Shown here piece after piece: positions 8,087-17,490 of a DNA stretch of 64,000 nucleotides (within the stretch, counting starts at the first letter, position 1; each line of letters opens with the position of its first letter). Source of the DNA: Opitutia bacterium (lineage in GTDB: Bacteria > Verrucomicrobiota > Verrucomicrobiia > Opitutales > T3Sed10-336); the NCBI GenBank assembly GCA_050506795.1, contig JBJHCF010000005.1:32001-96000 (forward strand), read 5' to 3'. Below the pieces are notes generated by a model. The model did no database searches, was not told the origin of the DNA, and worked only from the letters and a program-made list of their open reading frames with translations. Both the position numbers and the translations under genes were made by a program.

Positions 8087-11000
8087 TCAGGCGGTCCGGC
8101 CGGTGATGAGGCGTTTCAATCGTTCCGAAAAGGAGCTCACCACAAGGTAGAGCGAAGGAACTACCAGCAGTGTCAGAAACATGGATACCATCAGGCCGCC
8201 GATGACCGCCAGGGCCAGGGGGCGCATGATTTCGGCGCCCGATCCCAAGCCTATGGCCAGGGGTGTCATCCCCAGTACCGTCGTGGCCGTGGTCATGAGG
8301 ATCGGACGAAGCCGGATGGCTCCGGCCCGGACGATTGCCCGGCTGGGCGTGAGGCCTTCACGGCGTCCGATTTCAATGTATTCCACCAGGAGAATGGCAT
8401 TGTTGACCACGATTCCCACCAGCAGAATTACTCCAATAAGAACCGGGGCCGACATCGGGGTTCCGGTGATCCAGAGAATGAGGCTGACCCCGATGAGCGC
8501 AAGCGGCGCCGTGGTGAGAATGATCAGGGGATTGCTCAGGCGTTCGTACTGTACCGCGAGCACCACGAAGACCAGGAACAATGAAAGTGCGATGACCACG
8601 GACAGTTCCTGACGGGTTTCTTCGATGGTCTCCCACTGCCCGCCGAAAATCATGCTGTACTGCTCGGGAATCTCCAGGTCGGCCAACCGGGCCTGGACCT
8701 GGGACATGATGGTCCCGACATCGGAGACGCGGGTGTTGATGTCCCCATTCACTCGCACCGCGCGATTCTGATTTTCGCGCACGATGTGGGCCGGACCTTC
8801 GCCCAACTCGAATGCGGCGATATCACGCAAGAGGATGGGTTGGCCGTTTTGACGAAAGAGCAGCAGTTCTCCCAGCGTTTCCGAATCAGTGGCGGCTTCC
8901 CGGGGTAGCCGGACCCGCACGTCGTATTGCTCGTTGGCGGTGCGGAAATGAGTCGGTACGGCGCCGTCGACCGCCGTCCGGATGGCCTCGCCCACCTCGG
9001 AAACCCGCAGTCCCATGCTGGCCGCGCGGTTGCGATCGACTCGAATCCGGAGAATGGGGCTTTGGTCTTCGCGTCCGATTTCCACCCCTTCCAGCCCTTC
9101 GATGCCTTGGAGGCGGGAGATGACTTCGCTGCCCAGGGCATGCAGGCGTTCCAGCTCTTCGCCGATGATGCTGATGGACAGGTCGGCGCCGCCCCCGAAA
9201 TGCAATCCGGGAATGCTGGGTGGCCGGACGCTGATGCGAGCTCCTGGCAGATCAAGGGCGTCCAGGCGTTCCTGGGCTTCGTTTACCCACGCTCCGGCGG
9301 GCATGTTCGGACGCCGCGAGGCCGCGGTAAGTTGAACGCGGAGGTTGGCCGTGCCCGGGCGTTCGTTGACCACTCCGCCGCCGAGATGTCCGCCGACGAA
9401 AGTAAACAGGCGGTCGACGTGATCCATCTCCCGCAGGGCCTCTTCGATTTGCCGGGCGGCGGCGTTGGTTTCGTGCGGCGGGGTGCCCGGCGGAAGCACC
9501 ATACGAACGCCGACGTTGCCGTCGTCGACTTCGGGAAGGAATTCGTCTCCAAGTTGCGAATACAGGTAAACGCCCCCCGCCATGGCGGCCACCGCTCCGG
9601 CCAGCACCGCCCAGCGGGCTCGCAGGACGCGGGGCAGAATGCGGCGGTAGCGCCGTCGCAGGGCTTCGATCATGGCGTTGAAAGCCCGCAGAGGTGCGGT
9701 GCGGTCCAGCTTGCTGCTGAAAGCCACCTGACTCGACAGGGCGGCCAGCATGGGGACCAGGGTCAGGGCCGCCGCCAGGGTGGCGATAATGGCGAAGGAA
9801 ATGGTCAGGATGAGTTCGCGGAACACCATGGCCGCCAGGCCGCTGATCAACAGAAAGGGCGCCACCGCCGCCAGATTGGTGAGGGTGCCCGCGACGATTG
9901 CCGAAGTCACTTCGCGAGCCCCTTCGTGGGCCGCGTTTTCGGGGGATTTGCCCAGCCGCTCGCGGTGCCGGTAGATGTTTTCCAGCATCACGATGGCGTT
10001 GTCCAGGAGCAGCCCGACGCCCAGGGCGAGCCCGCCGAGACTAATGACGTTCAGCGTGAGTTCTCCCAGCCCCATCATGGCGAAGGTGGCCATGATGGCG
10101 ATGGGCAGGGAGAGCCCGATGACAAAGCTCTTGCGAAGGCTGCCGAGAAACAGGAACACCACCGCCATCGCCAAAGCGCCGCCGATCAAAGCCGCCGTGC
10201 TGACACTGGCGATAGCGCCGCGAATAAAAAAAGCCGGATCGCCGATGGCGTGGTACTCGATGTCCTCGGGAATGAACCCGGAACTTTCCAGTCGCTCCAT
10301 GGTCGCGTTGACCGCGTCCACCACCTGCACCGTGTTGGCCTGCGGCAGTTTGAAAACCGAGACTTGTGTTGCCGGCCTGCCGTCCATGCGCACGTGCAGC
10401 CGTTGCTCCCGGTAGCCGTCGCGCACTTCGGCGATCTCAGAAAGGCGAACGCGGTGTTCGTTGTTCCCCGGGAGGTCGAGAGTGACCGCCCGGATGTCGT
10501 CCACCGATTCAAAGATGCCGTCGGTAGTCGCCATCACATCGAATGTTTCGGAGGTCACCCAGCCGGAGGCGATGTCCACGTTCTCCTTTCCCAGTGCCTC
10601 GATCACTTCGGTCATGGTGAGGCCGTAGGACCGCAGCCGGTGCTGGTCCACCACCACTTCCATTTCCCGCTGCAGGCCGCCGGCCGCTTCCACTCCGGAG
10701 ACGCCGTGCAGGGCCACCAGTTGCGGAGTCAGTTGGTTTTGCACCCAGTCCCGCACCTCCACTTCCGTGCGGATGCTGGAGCGGAAGCCAGCTTGCCAGA
10801 TCGGGTCCTGGGCCGGATCGAATTTGTACAGGCGCAGGGATTCGATATCGGGGGGAAGCTGCGTGCGCGCCAACTCCAGGTGGCGCGAGGCGTCCTGTAA
10901 CGCCAGATCGATGTTGGTGCCGTGCCGGAAATGGAGGTTGACATTGGTGCGGCCCTGGGAGGCGCGGCTATCGATGTCGATCAGATTTTCCGTGGCCGCC

Positions 11001-11239
11001 AGATTGCGCTCCAGAACCCGAGTGACCTGTTCCTCCATGATTTCCGGCGCCGTGCCCGGGTAGTTCGCGGTGACGCGGATCTGGGGTTGGACGATATCCG
11101 GAAGCAGGTCGATGGGAAGCCGGTCGATGAAAAAAAGGCCTCCGACGAACACCACCGAGGCGATGGCGAGGGTTCCGATCGGATGAGCGATGCTGTGGCT
11201 GGTCAAGCCACCGCGGTCGCGGTTGTGGGAGGAGTCCAT
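8087..11239 (-). CDS. RND efflux permease (AcrB/AcrD/AcrF family)
   Basis: 1050 aa; GLLLDNAIVMLENI, GIVVNNAILL, RLRPILMTT. Confidence 0.95.
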   Translation of the reverse strand: MDSSHNRDRGGLTSHSIAHPIGTLAIASVVFVGGLFFIDRLPIDLLPDIVQPQIRVTANYPGTAPEIMEEQVTRVLERNLAATENLIDIDSRASQGRTNVNLHFRHGTNIDLALQDASRHLELARTQLPPDIESLRLYKFDPAQDPIWQAGFRSSIRTEVEVRDWVQNQLTPQLVALHGVSGVEAAGGLQREMEVVVDQHRLRSYGLTMTEVIEALGKENVDIASGWVTSETFDVMATTDGIFESVDDIRAVTLDLPGNNEHRVRLSEIAEVRDGYREQRLHVRMDGRPATQVSVFKLPQANTVQVVDAVNATMERLESSGFIPEDIEYHAIGDPAFFIRGAIASVSTAALIGGALAMAVVFLFLGSLRKSFVIGLSLPIAIMATFAMMGLGELTLNVISLGGLALGVGLLLDNAIVMLENIYRHRERLGKSPENAAHEGAREVTSAIVAGTLTNLAAVAPFLLISGLAAMVFRELILTISFAIIATLAAALTLVPMLAALSSQVAFSSKLDRTAPLRAFNAMIEALRRRYRRILPRVLRARWAVLAGAVAAMAGGVYLYSQLGDEFLPEVDDGNVGVRMVLPPGTPPHETNAAARQIEEALREMDHVDRLFTFVGGHLGGGVVNERPGTANLRVQLTAASRRPNMPAGAWVNEAQERLDALDLPGARISVRPPSIPGLHFGGGADLSISIIGEELERLHALGSEVISRLQGIEGLEGVEIGREDQSPILRIRVDRNRAASMGLRVSEVGEAIRTAVDGAVPTHFRTANEQYDVRVRLPREAATDSETLGELLLFRQNGQPILLRDIAAFELGEGPAHIVRENQNRAVRVNGDINTRVSDVGTIMSQVQARLADLEIPEQYSMIFGGQWETIEETRQELSVVIALSLFLVFVVLAVQYERLSNPLIILTTAPLALIGVSLILWITGTPMSAPVLIGVILLVGIVVNNAILLVEYIEIGRREGLTPSRAIVRAGAIRLRPILMTTATTVLGMTPLAIGLGSGAEIMRPLALAVIGGLMVSMFLTLLVVPSLYLVVSSFSERLKRLITGRTA

Positions 11240-11247
11240 CGTGGTTC

Positions 11248-12336
11248 CTATCCCCTCCAGCCCACGATCCGGACCGGATCACCGTCGTTCATGTCGATAG
11301 GATTGGTGGCCAGAACGATGTCTCCGGCTTCCAGTCCGGAAAGCACCTCCGTCCATGGCCCGCGGGTCACGCCGCGTTCGATGGTGCGGTGGTGCAGGCG
11401 GTCGTCGCGGATGAGGTACACGTAATGGCGGTCGCCGTCCTCGCCGATCGCCGAGGAGGGCACTGCGATGGCGTCCGGGCGCTCCTCGATAACGAGCCTG
11501 ATACGGGAGAGGTAACCCGGACGAACCCCTTGCTCCGCCGATACAGAGGGCAGGGCGATTTCCACCGTGACCAGCCGGCTGTTCGCTTCGGCTTGGGGAA
11601 AGATTCGACTTACCGTTCCGGAGAGATCGAGATCGGGAAGGGCGTCGACGGAGACCGGCACCTTCTGGCCCGATTGAATATGCACGACATCCCGTTCCGA
11701 GATCCCTGGCCGGATGACCAGCTGATCCAGGGTGATGAGTTCGAACAGGAGCTCGCGCGCCTCCACCGTTTCTCCGGACTCGACATGCCGCGCGGATACC
11801 ACCGCATCGCGGGGAGCGGTCACGGTTCCGAACGCCAGGCGGGCCTCCCGGAGTTTACGTTCGCTCTCGGCCACCAGGAGTTCGGTTTTTCGACGCTGGT
11901 ATTCCGATGGGCTGACCAGACGGTTTTCTTGCAGGTCCGCCGCGCGCCGGTATTCCTGCAGAGCTTCCTCTTCGCTCGCTTTGGCCCGCGCCAGTTCGGC
12001 TTCCATTTCCGTCGTGTCCAGGCGGGCCAGGACCTGCCCGGCTTTCACCGCATCGCCTTCCTCGAAGTTCACCGATTCCACCGTACCCGCGGTGCGGGCC
12101 GCCAGTCGGATGGTGAAGCGAGGGCGAACGGTTGCGGAGGTGACGAGTTCGCGGGAGAGGTCGCGCCGGACGATTTCCACGGCGGCTACCGGCGTCCCGG
12201 CATTCGCCGCGGAGTTGTCGGGTTCTTCGGTCGCCGGTCCGCATCCGATCAGCAACCCGAACAAAGCGAGGATCAGCCAGGAGCGGGCGAAAAGACGAGA
12301 CCTCGGGCTTTTCGCATTCTGGGTCGGTGCGGTCAT
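11248..12336 (-). CDS. RND periplasmic adaptor (membrane fusion protein), probable lipoprotein
   Basis: LLIGC lipobox-like motif, EEGDAVKAGQVLARLD, AIAVPSSAI; likely start ATG 12336. Confidence 0.9.
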   Translation of the reverse strand: MTAPTQNAKSPRSRLFARSWLILALFGLLIGCGPATEEPDNSAANAGTPVAAVEIVRRDLSRELVTSATVRPRFTIRLAARTAGTVESVNFEEGDAVKAGQVLARLDTTEMEAELARAKASEEEALQEYRRAADLQENRLVSPSEYQRRKTELLVAESERKLREARLAFGTVTAPRDAVVSARHVESGETVEARELLFELITLDQLVIRPGISERDVVHIQSGQKVPVSVDALPDLDLSGTVSRIFPQAEANSRLVTVEIALPSVSAEQGVRPGYLSRIRLVIEERPDAIAVPSSAIGEDGDRHYVYLIRDDRLHHRTIERGVTRGPWTEVLSGLEAGDIVLATNPIDMNDGDPVRIVGWRG

Positions 12337-12416
12337 GTCAGGTCGATCGGAGATATCGCAACCTGCCTGACATTTTCCGAAGCGCAAACCACTGAGCCGG
12401 TTTCCCCCGATCCCGA

Positions 12417-13400
12417 TCAGCGACTCCAATCGAGCATCCGCTTGATCGGAGTGTAAGCCGCCTGGCGGACATCTTCCGGGAGGTTGATCTCCGGGCTCAG
12501 GTTCTTCAACGCGTCGCGAACCTTTTCGATGGTGTTCATTTTCATGAACCGGCATTCGTTGCAGGCGCAGTTTTCGGTGGGCCCCGCGATGAAGGTTTTT
12601 TCCGGTACCTCGCGGTGCAGGCGGTGCAGCATGCCGGCTTCCGTGATGACGATGAACCTCTCGGCTGGGTGGTTCTTGGCGAACCCCACCATTTTTTCGG
12701 TGCTGCACACCTCGTCCGCCAGGTCGCGCACCGCTTCCGTGCACTCCGGGTGGGCGACGATCGGGGCGTCGGGAAATTGGGCCTTGAGTTTTTCCAGGGC
12801 GCGCACGGTGAAGAGAATGTGGACGTAGCAGCTTCCCGGCCACAGACGCATCTTGCGGCCGGTCTGGGCCGCCACCCACTGACCGAGATTCTGGTCTGGT
12901 ACAAAGAGCACCGGCCGGTCCTCGGGAATGTTCTCCACGATGCGCACCGCGTTTCCACTGGTGCAGATCACGTCACTCAGCGCCTTCACCCCGGCCGAGC
13001 AATTGATGTAGGCCACCACGTAGACGTCCGGGTTCTGTTCCTTGTAGGCCGCCAGGCGTTCCGGGGGACAGGAATCGGAAAGGGAGCACCCGGCTTCGAG
13101 GTCCGGCAGCAGAACTTTTTTGCCCGGATTCACGATCTTGGCGGTTTCCGCCATGAAGTGCACGCCGCAGAAGAGGATCACCTCGGCGTCGGTTTCCGCC
13201 GCCTTGTAGGCCAGTCCCAGCGAGTCGCCCACGTAATCGGCGATCCGTTGAATCGGGTCGACCTGGTAGTTGTGTGCCAGGATAATGGCGTTGCGCTCCT
13301 TCTTCAGTTGCAGAATCTCTTCCTGCACCGGGCTGAGCGGCTCCTCGCTGCCCCGGGAAGGTTCGATTATGACCGGTTCGTAATCCAATAGTTCAGGCAT
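12417..13400 (-). CDS. nadA: Quinolinate synthase
   Basis: ILAHNYQ, FCGVHFMAETAK, AGCSL, YINCSA, CTSGNA, AHPEC, C-terminal CRFMK. Confidence 0.97.
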   Translation of the reverse strand: MPELLDYEPVIIEPSRGSEEPLSPVQEEILQLKKERNAIILAHNYQVDPIQRIADYVGDSLGLAYKAAETDAEVILFCGVHFMAETAKIVNPGKKVLLPDLEAGCSLSDSCPPERLAAYKEQNPDVYVVAYINCSAGVKALSDVICTSGNAVRIVENIPEDRPVLFVPDQNLGQWVAAQTGRKMRLWPGSCYVHILFTVRALEKLKAQFPDAPIVAHPECTEAVRDLADEVCSTEKMVGFAKNHPAERFIVITEAGMLHRLHREVPEKTFIAGPTENCACNECRFMKMNTIEKVRDALKNLSPEINLPEDVRQAAYTPIKRMLDWSR

Positions 13401-13487
13401 GGTAAAGTGGTTCCCTTAAGGTAAATGAAAAAACAGCCGCTGCAACCGGCGCGCGGTGGCGAGTGTCGGCGGTTTCTTTTGCGCTGG

Positions 13488-13853
13488 TCAGCCCGAGGCG
13501 TCCATGGACGCGGCCAGGCTTCGGAAGGCGGGGAAGCGTTTCAGGTCGCTGAGGTCGGGGTCCTTGAGCATCCACTCGCGGTCGTTGTATCCGAGCTCGA
13601 TCGCCTTTTCCAGGGCTTTGATGGCGTCCCGGTTGCGCCGTTTCAGCGCCAGGCTGCACGCCAGGTTGTAGTGGGCGTTGGGGTTGTCCGGCTCGAGGCG
13701 GACCAGTTTCCGGTCCATCTTCAGGCCGTCATCAATCCGGCCCTGGCGGGTGTACAAACCTCCGAGAATCTCCACCACGTCGGCGTAGTCCGGGCAGCGC
13801 TTCAGAATCTTCTCGAAAAAGTCGGTTTCGAAACTGGGTTTGTCTTGGTCCAT
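13488..13853 (-). CDS. TPR protein with HYNLAC...DPDL end-of-group motif
   Basis: PDNPNAHYNLACSLA...AIELGY...MLKDPDLSDL. Confidence 0.8.
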   Translation of the reverse strand: MDQDKPSFETDFFEKILKRCPDYADVVEILGGLYTRQGRIDDGLKMDRKLVRLEPDNPNAHYNLACSLALKRRNRDAIKALEKAIELGYNDREWMLKDPDLSDLKRFPAFRSLAASMDASG

Positions 13854-13859
13854 GAAGAG

Positions 13860-14324
13860 TCAGGTGCGGTTTTTGCAGACGCCGGTATTCCTGTACTCCG
13901 TGCATTGCGCGCTGATTTGCAGGCGCTGGGAAACCGGCCTGAGGCCGAATTTTGAGGAGACGCTACTGCCGTACCACTCGAGGAACGGCGCGTCGATTTC
14001 GAAAATTTTGTCGCAGTCGATACAAACGATTTGCGCCTGCTCGTTGCCCTTTTCCGGGTTGGCCAGGTAGAACTTGAAGTCCTTGCCCACGTCGATTTCC
14101 CTCACCAGGCTGCTTTCGGTCAGAATGGGAAGCGTGCGGTACACCGTGGCGCGGGAAACGGAACTGTCGATGGCGCGCGCGCGCTCCAACAGCTCTTCCG
14201 CCGTAAAGTGGTTCTCGATTTGAAAGGCGGCCTCGAAAATCGCGAGCCTCTGATTGGTCACGCGAAGGTCGCGCTCTCCCAGGAAAGCGCGGAATTTTTC
14301 TCTGCACGCATCAATTTTCACCAA
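13860..14324 (-). CDS. fur: Fur-family transcriptional regulator
   Basis: [26 protein letters not shown], CxxC (CIDC). Confidence 0.85.
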   Translation of the reverse strand: MVKIDACREKFRAFLGERDLRVTNQRLAIFEAAFQIENHFTAEELLERARAIDSSVSRATVYRTLPILTESSLVREIDVGKDFKFYLANPEKGNEQAQIVCIDCDKIFEIDAPFLEWYGSSVSSKFGLRPVSQRLQISAQCTEYRNTGVCKNRT

Positions 14325-14537
14325 ACAAGGCTTCTAGAGTTCCCTAGAACTGTCAACCTTCCATCCGCTCGCCCTGTTTCGGGGATTCCCGTCGGCGCGC
14401 CGTGCGGAGGTGGCATCGAAATCGTTCTCGGCGCCAAAAATCCTGATATCGAGATTCTTATCGAAAATCGATTGCGATCCCGATTCCGATGGCGGTATCG
14501 ATGTAGAGCTTTATTCAGCGCCATTCCGACCGACTTC

Positions 14538-16790
14538 ATGCCCGCCCAACGCGATAACGTCATCAGTGTGATTCCTTTCGCCGGATTCGAAAAGGAACTC
14601 GATTATCGCGTCCCCGATCGCTGGGGAGGGGAAATTCGGATCGGATCCCTGGTGCGCATCCCCATCCGCAATCGGCAGAGCCTGGGGGTGGTGGCGGCCT
14701 TGCAGGGCGAAAGCGGTATGGCGCCTTCCCGGTTGAAGCAGGTCACGCAGTTGATTCATGAGGAACCGGTCCTGACGAAGGAACTGGTGGCGTTGGCCCG
14801 CTGGATGCGCGATTATTACGCCGCCCCGGTGGAATCGATCATGGAGACCATGATTCCCGGGCCCGTGCGGCGCGGCATGAAGCCGAAGATGGAGAACTTC
14901 CTTTCCGTGGCGGGGAAGGTCTCGTCCGAGGATCTGGAGGAATTGCGCCGCAAAGCGCCGCGGCAGGCCGATTTGTACGAGTTCCTGGCCCAGCAATTCA
15001 AACCGCAAAAGAAAACGCTGGTTCTCAACCGGCTGGGGGTCGCCGCCGCCAGTTGTCGCGCTCTGGTGACTCGCGGTTGGGTCGCGGAGGAGCCGCGGAG
15101 ACTGGATCGCGAGGCTTACCGTGACGATCTCGGCGGCGGCGAAACGATTTCGGTCCTGCCCCCGGAATTGAATGCCGAGCAGGAAGCGGCCGCGGTCGCC
15201 ATGCTCGACTCGCTGCGTCAAAAGGCGTTTCGGGTCCACCTGCTACAGGGGGTCACCGGTTCGGGGAAGACGGAGGTGTATATCAAAGTGCTGCGGGAGG
15301 CGCTCGACGGTGGCGGCGGTGCAATCTTCCTGGTGCCCGAGGTGGCACTGGCGCCGCAGACCGTCGGCCGGTTGCGCGCGCGTTTGGAAAAAGAGAGCGG
15401 GGTGCGTACCGTCGTCTGGCACAGTCACCTTTCCGAGGGGGAGCGTTTTGATGCCTGGAACGCCGTGGTCACCGGTGAGGCGCGGCTCGTGGTGGGGGCG
15501 CGATCGGCGGTGTTCGCTCCGGTGCCCGATCTGCGGATGATCGTGGTCGATGAAGAGCACGAGCCGGCCTACAAGCAGGAGGAGGTGCCGCGCTACCACG
15601 GTCGCGACGTCGCCGTCTATCGGGCGTGGCTCAACGGGGCGCTCTGTGTGCTGGGTTCAGCCACCCCCTCCCTGGAATCCCTGCGCAATATCCAGGAGGG
15701 CAAGTACTCCTCCAACCGGCTCCTGAAGCGCGTCGACGATCGCCGCCTGCCCATGATCCACGTGGTGGATATGTGTCGCGAGATCCTGAGCAAGCGGGGC
15801 GCCTTCGGGTTGTCGCGTCCCCTGGTGGACAAGATGATCGACCGTTTCGAAAAACGGGAACAGACCATCCTCTTCATCAACCGGCGCGGTTTTTCCAGCA
15901 GTGTGCTTTGTCCGGACTGCGGACATGTGCTGGAGTGTGAGCATTGCAGCATTTCGCTCACCTACCACCGAAGCGATGAAACGGTTAAATGTCACCTGTG
16001 CGGGCACCAGCGACCCGCCCCGAAGAAATGCCCCTCCTGCCGGTCGGTGAAAATTCGCTGGAAGGGATTCGGGACCCAGCGGGTGGAGGAGGCCGTGCGC
16101 AAGGTCCTGCCCAAAGCGAGTATTGAGAGAATGGATACCGACGCGATGGCAAAACGAAACCGTTTCCGGGAGATCCTGCGCGATTTCCGTCTGGGGAAAA
16201 TCGACGTCCTGGTGGGAACCCAGATGATCGCCAAGGGACTCGACTTTCCCAATGTGACCCTGGTGGGACTGGTCGATGCGGACCTTTCCCTCCATGTTCC
16301 GGATTTTCGCGCCCACGAAAGGACGTTTCAGTTGCTGGTGCAGGTGAGCGGCCGGTCCGGGCGGGGCGACCGGGCGGGGGAGGTGGTCGTGCAGACGTTT
16401 ACCCCGCAAGCCGGCACCATTCAGTACGCCCGGCGTGAAGACTTCGACGGGTTTATCGAGGAGGAGATGGAGTCGCGGCGTTCGTTCCAGTATCCGCCTT
16501 TTCGTCACTTGATCCACCACCTCTTTCACGGATCCAACCCGGAAAAGCTCGAATTTTACACCGAACGCTGGGTCAGGCACCTGGAGGAGAAACTCTCTGG
16601 AAACATCGAGATCCGCGGTCCCTGTCCGTCGCCGCTGGAAAAGGTGAAGGACCGCTACCGCTACCAGGTGTGGTACTTCACCCACAATGTCACCCGGCTG
16701 GTCCCCAAGCTGCAACAGCTTCGCCGTGAATTCCCCTGGCCGGACGACGTCGTCCAGGTGCTGGACGTGGACGCCGTGAACCTGACGTAG
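14538..16790 (+). CDS. priA: Primosomal protein N' (replication restart helicase)
   Basis: GVTGSGKTEVY, VDEEHE, four CxxC pairs, GTQMIAKGLDFPNVTLVG, QVSGRSGR. Confidence 0.97.
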   Translation: MPAQRDNVISVIPFAGFEKELDYRVPDRWGGEIRIGSLVRIPIRNRQSLGVVAALQGESGMAPSRLKQVTQLIHEEPVLTKELVALARWMRDYYAAPVESIMETMIPGPVRRGMKPKMENFLSVAGKVSSEDLEELRRKAPRQADLYEFLAQQFKPQKKTLVLNRLGVAAASCRALVTRGWVAEEPRRLDREAYRDDLGGGETISVLPPELNAEQEAAAVAMLDSLRQKAFRVHLLQGVTGSGKTEVYIKVLREALDGGGGAIFLVPEVALAPQTVGRLRARLEKESGVRTVVWHSHLSEGERFDAWNAVVTGEARLVVGARSAVFAPVPDLRMIVVDEEHEPAYKQEEVPRYHGRDVAVYRAWLNGALCVLGSATPSLESLRNIQEGKYSSNRLLKRVDDRRLPMIHVVDMCREILSKRGAFGLSRPLVDKMIDRFEKREQTILFINRRGFSSSVLCPDCGHVLECEHCSISLTYHRSDETVKCHLCGHQRPAPKKCPSCRSVKIRWKGFGTQRVEEAVRKVLPKASIERMDTDAMAKRNRFREILRDFRLGKIDVLVGTQMIAKGLDFPNVTLVGLVDADLSLHVPDFRAHERTFQLLVQVSGRSGRGDRAGEVVVQTFTPQAGTIQYARREDFDGFIEEEMESRRSFQYPPFRHLIHHLFHGSNPEKLEFYTERWVRHLEEKLSGNIEIRGPCPSPLEKVKDRYRYQVWYFTHNVTRLVPKLQQLRREFPWPDDVVQVLDVDAVNLT

Positions 16791-16834
16791 ATATCCCGCG
16801 AATGTTTTCTTCGCTATCGCGTCCTTTGTTGTTT

Positions 16835-16928
16835 GCCCACGAAACACACGAAAGGGAGAAGGAGAGCAGGGCTCGCTCAGTAGACGATCGGCGGCCTATT
16901 TTTCGTGTGTTTAGTGTGTTTCGTGGGC
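16835..16928. repeat. Inverted repeat GCCCACGAAACACACGAAA ... TTTCGTGTGTTTAGTGTGTTTCGTGGGC (REP-like)
   Basis: Complementary arms read directly. Confidence 0.7.
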
Positions 16929-16949
16929 TATACTTTCCGGGAAAGGTCC

Positions 16950-17213
16950 AGGGCGTGAGGAAGTCAGGCTGGGCGCGACGGGAAGCCGTCAGGTGTTTTG
17001 GATTCCTGAGAGGTGCCATGAAGCGTAGACCCCAGGTGGCCGGAACTTCGGGCAGCGGTGACCGTCCCGGCAAGGCGCTATGAAGGGCGGCTCGAAGCAG
17101 ACCCAAAGCCGTGTAAACTGACCGAAAAGATTGAACCTTCCCTGATGAAAAAAAGCGGAACAGAAACAAGTAGAATGAGCAGACCGTTAAGCTTTAATTT
17201 AAGGGCTGACCCC
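16950..17213 (+). mobile_element. Degenerate 3' remnant of a RAYT/IS200-like transposase element ending in CTGACCCC
   Basis: Frameshifted peptide AAVTVPARRYEGRLEADPK..KLTEKIE resembles RAYT C-terminal HTH tails; ends AAGGGCTGACCCC. Confidence 0.4.
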
Positions 17214-17490
17214 GGCGTGTTCACGCCTTGAAATGCTCCTTTTTTTTGTGTATTGTTTTTTGTTCAAACCACTTATAACCCGCATGAAAAGGGCACTTCA
17301 AGTATTTCCCCCATCTGATCCTGAGATCTCTACGCTTGTTTGAGGTTTAGCTTGGCGGTTCAGGGGGCCTTTGAAACGGCTATTGTGGAACTTTACGGCA
17401 CCTCAAAAATCGCGAAAGGCCTTGCGGGCACCACGCTCCTCGCGTCTTTTCGGAATGATCGATCCCTAATAATGTCGAGGAACTGTTGGT

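Noticed and set aside
8927..10900. 657-aa ORF opposite the RND permease (likewise 33735-34823, 40913-42595, 50851-52422)
   Set aside because: GC-rich shadow frames with no recognisable motifs, fully overlapping confident genes
12337..12879. N-terminal extension of the RND adaptor ORF
   Set aside because: Alternative frame of nadA; signal and lipobox begin after 12336
14031..14537. N-terminal extension of the priA ORF
   Set aside because: Overlaps the divergent fur gene; PriA-like sequence starts near 14538
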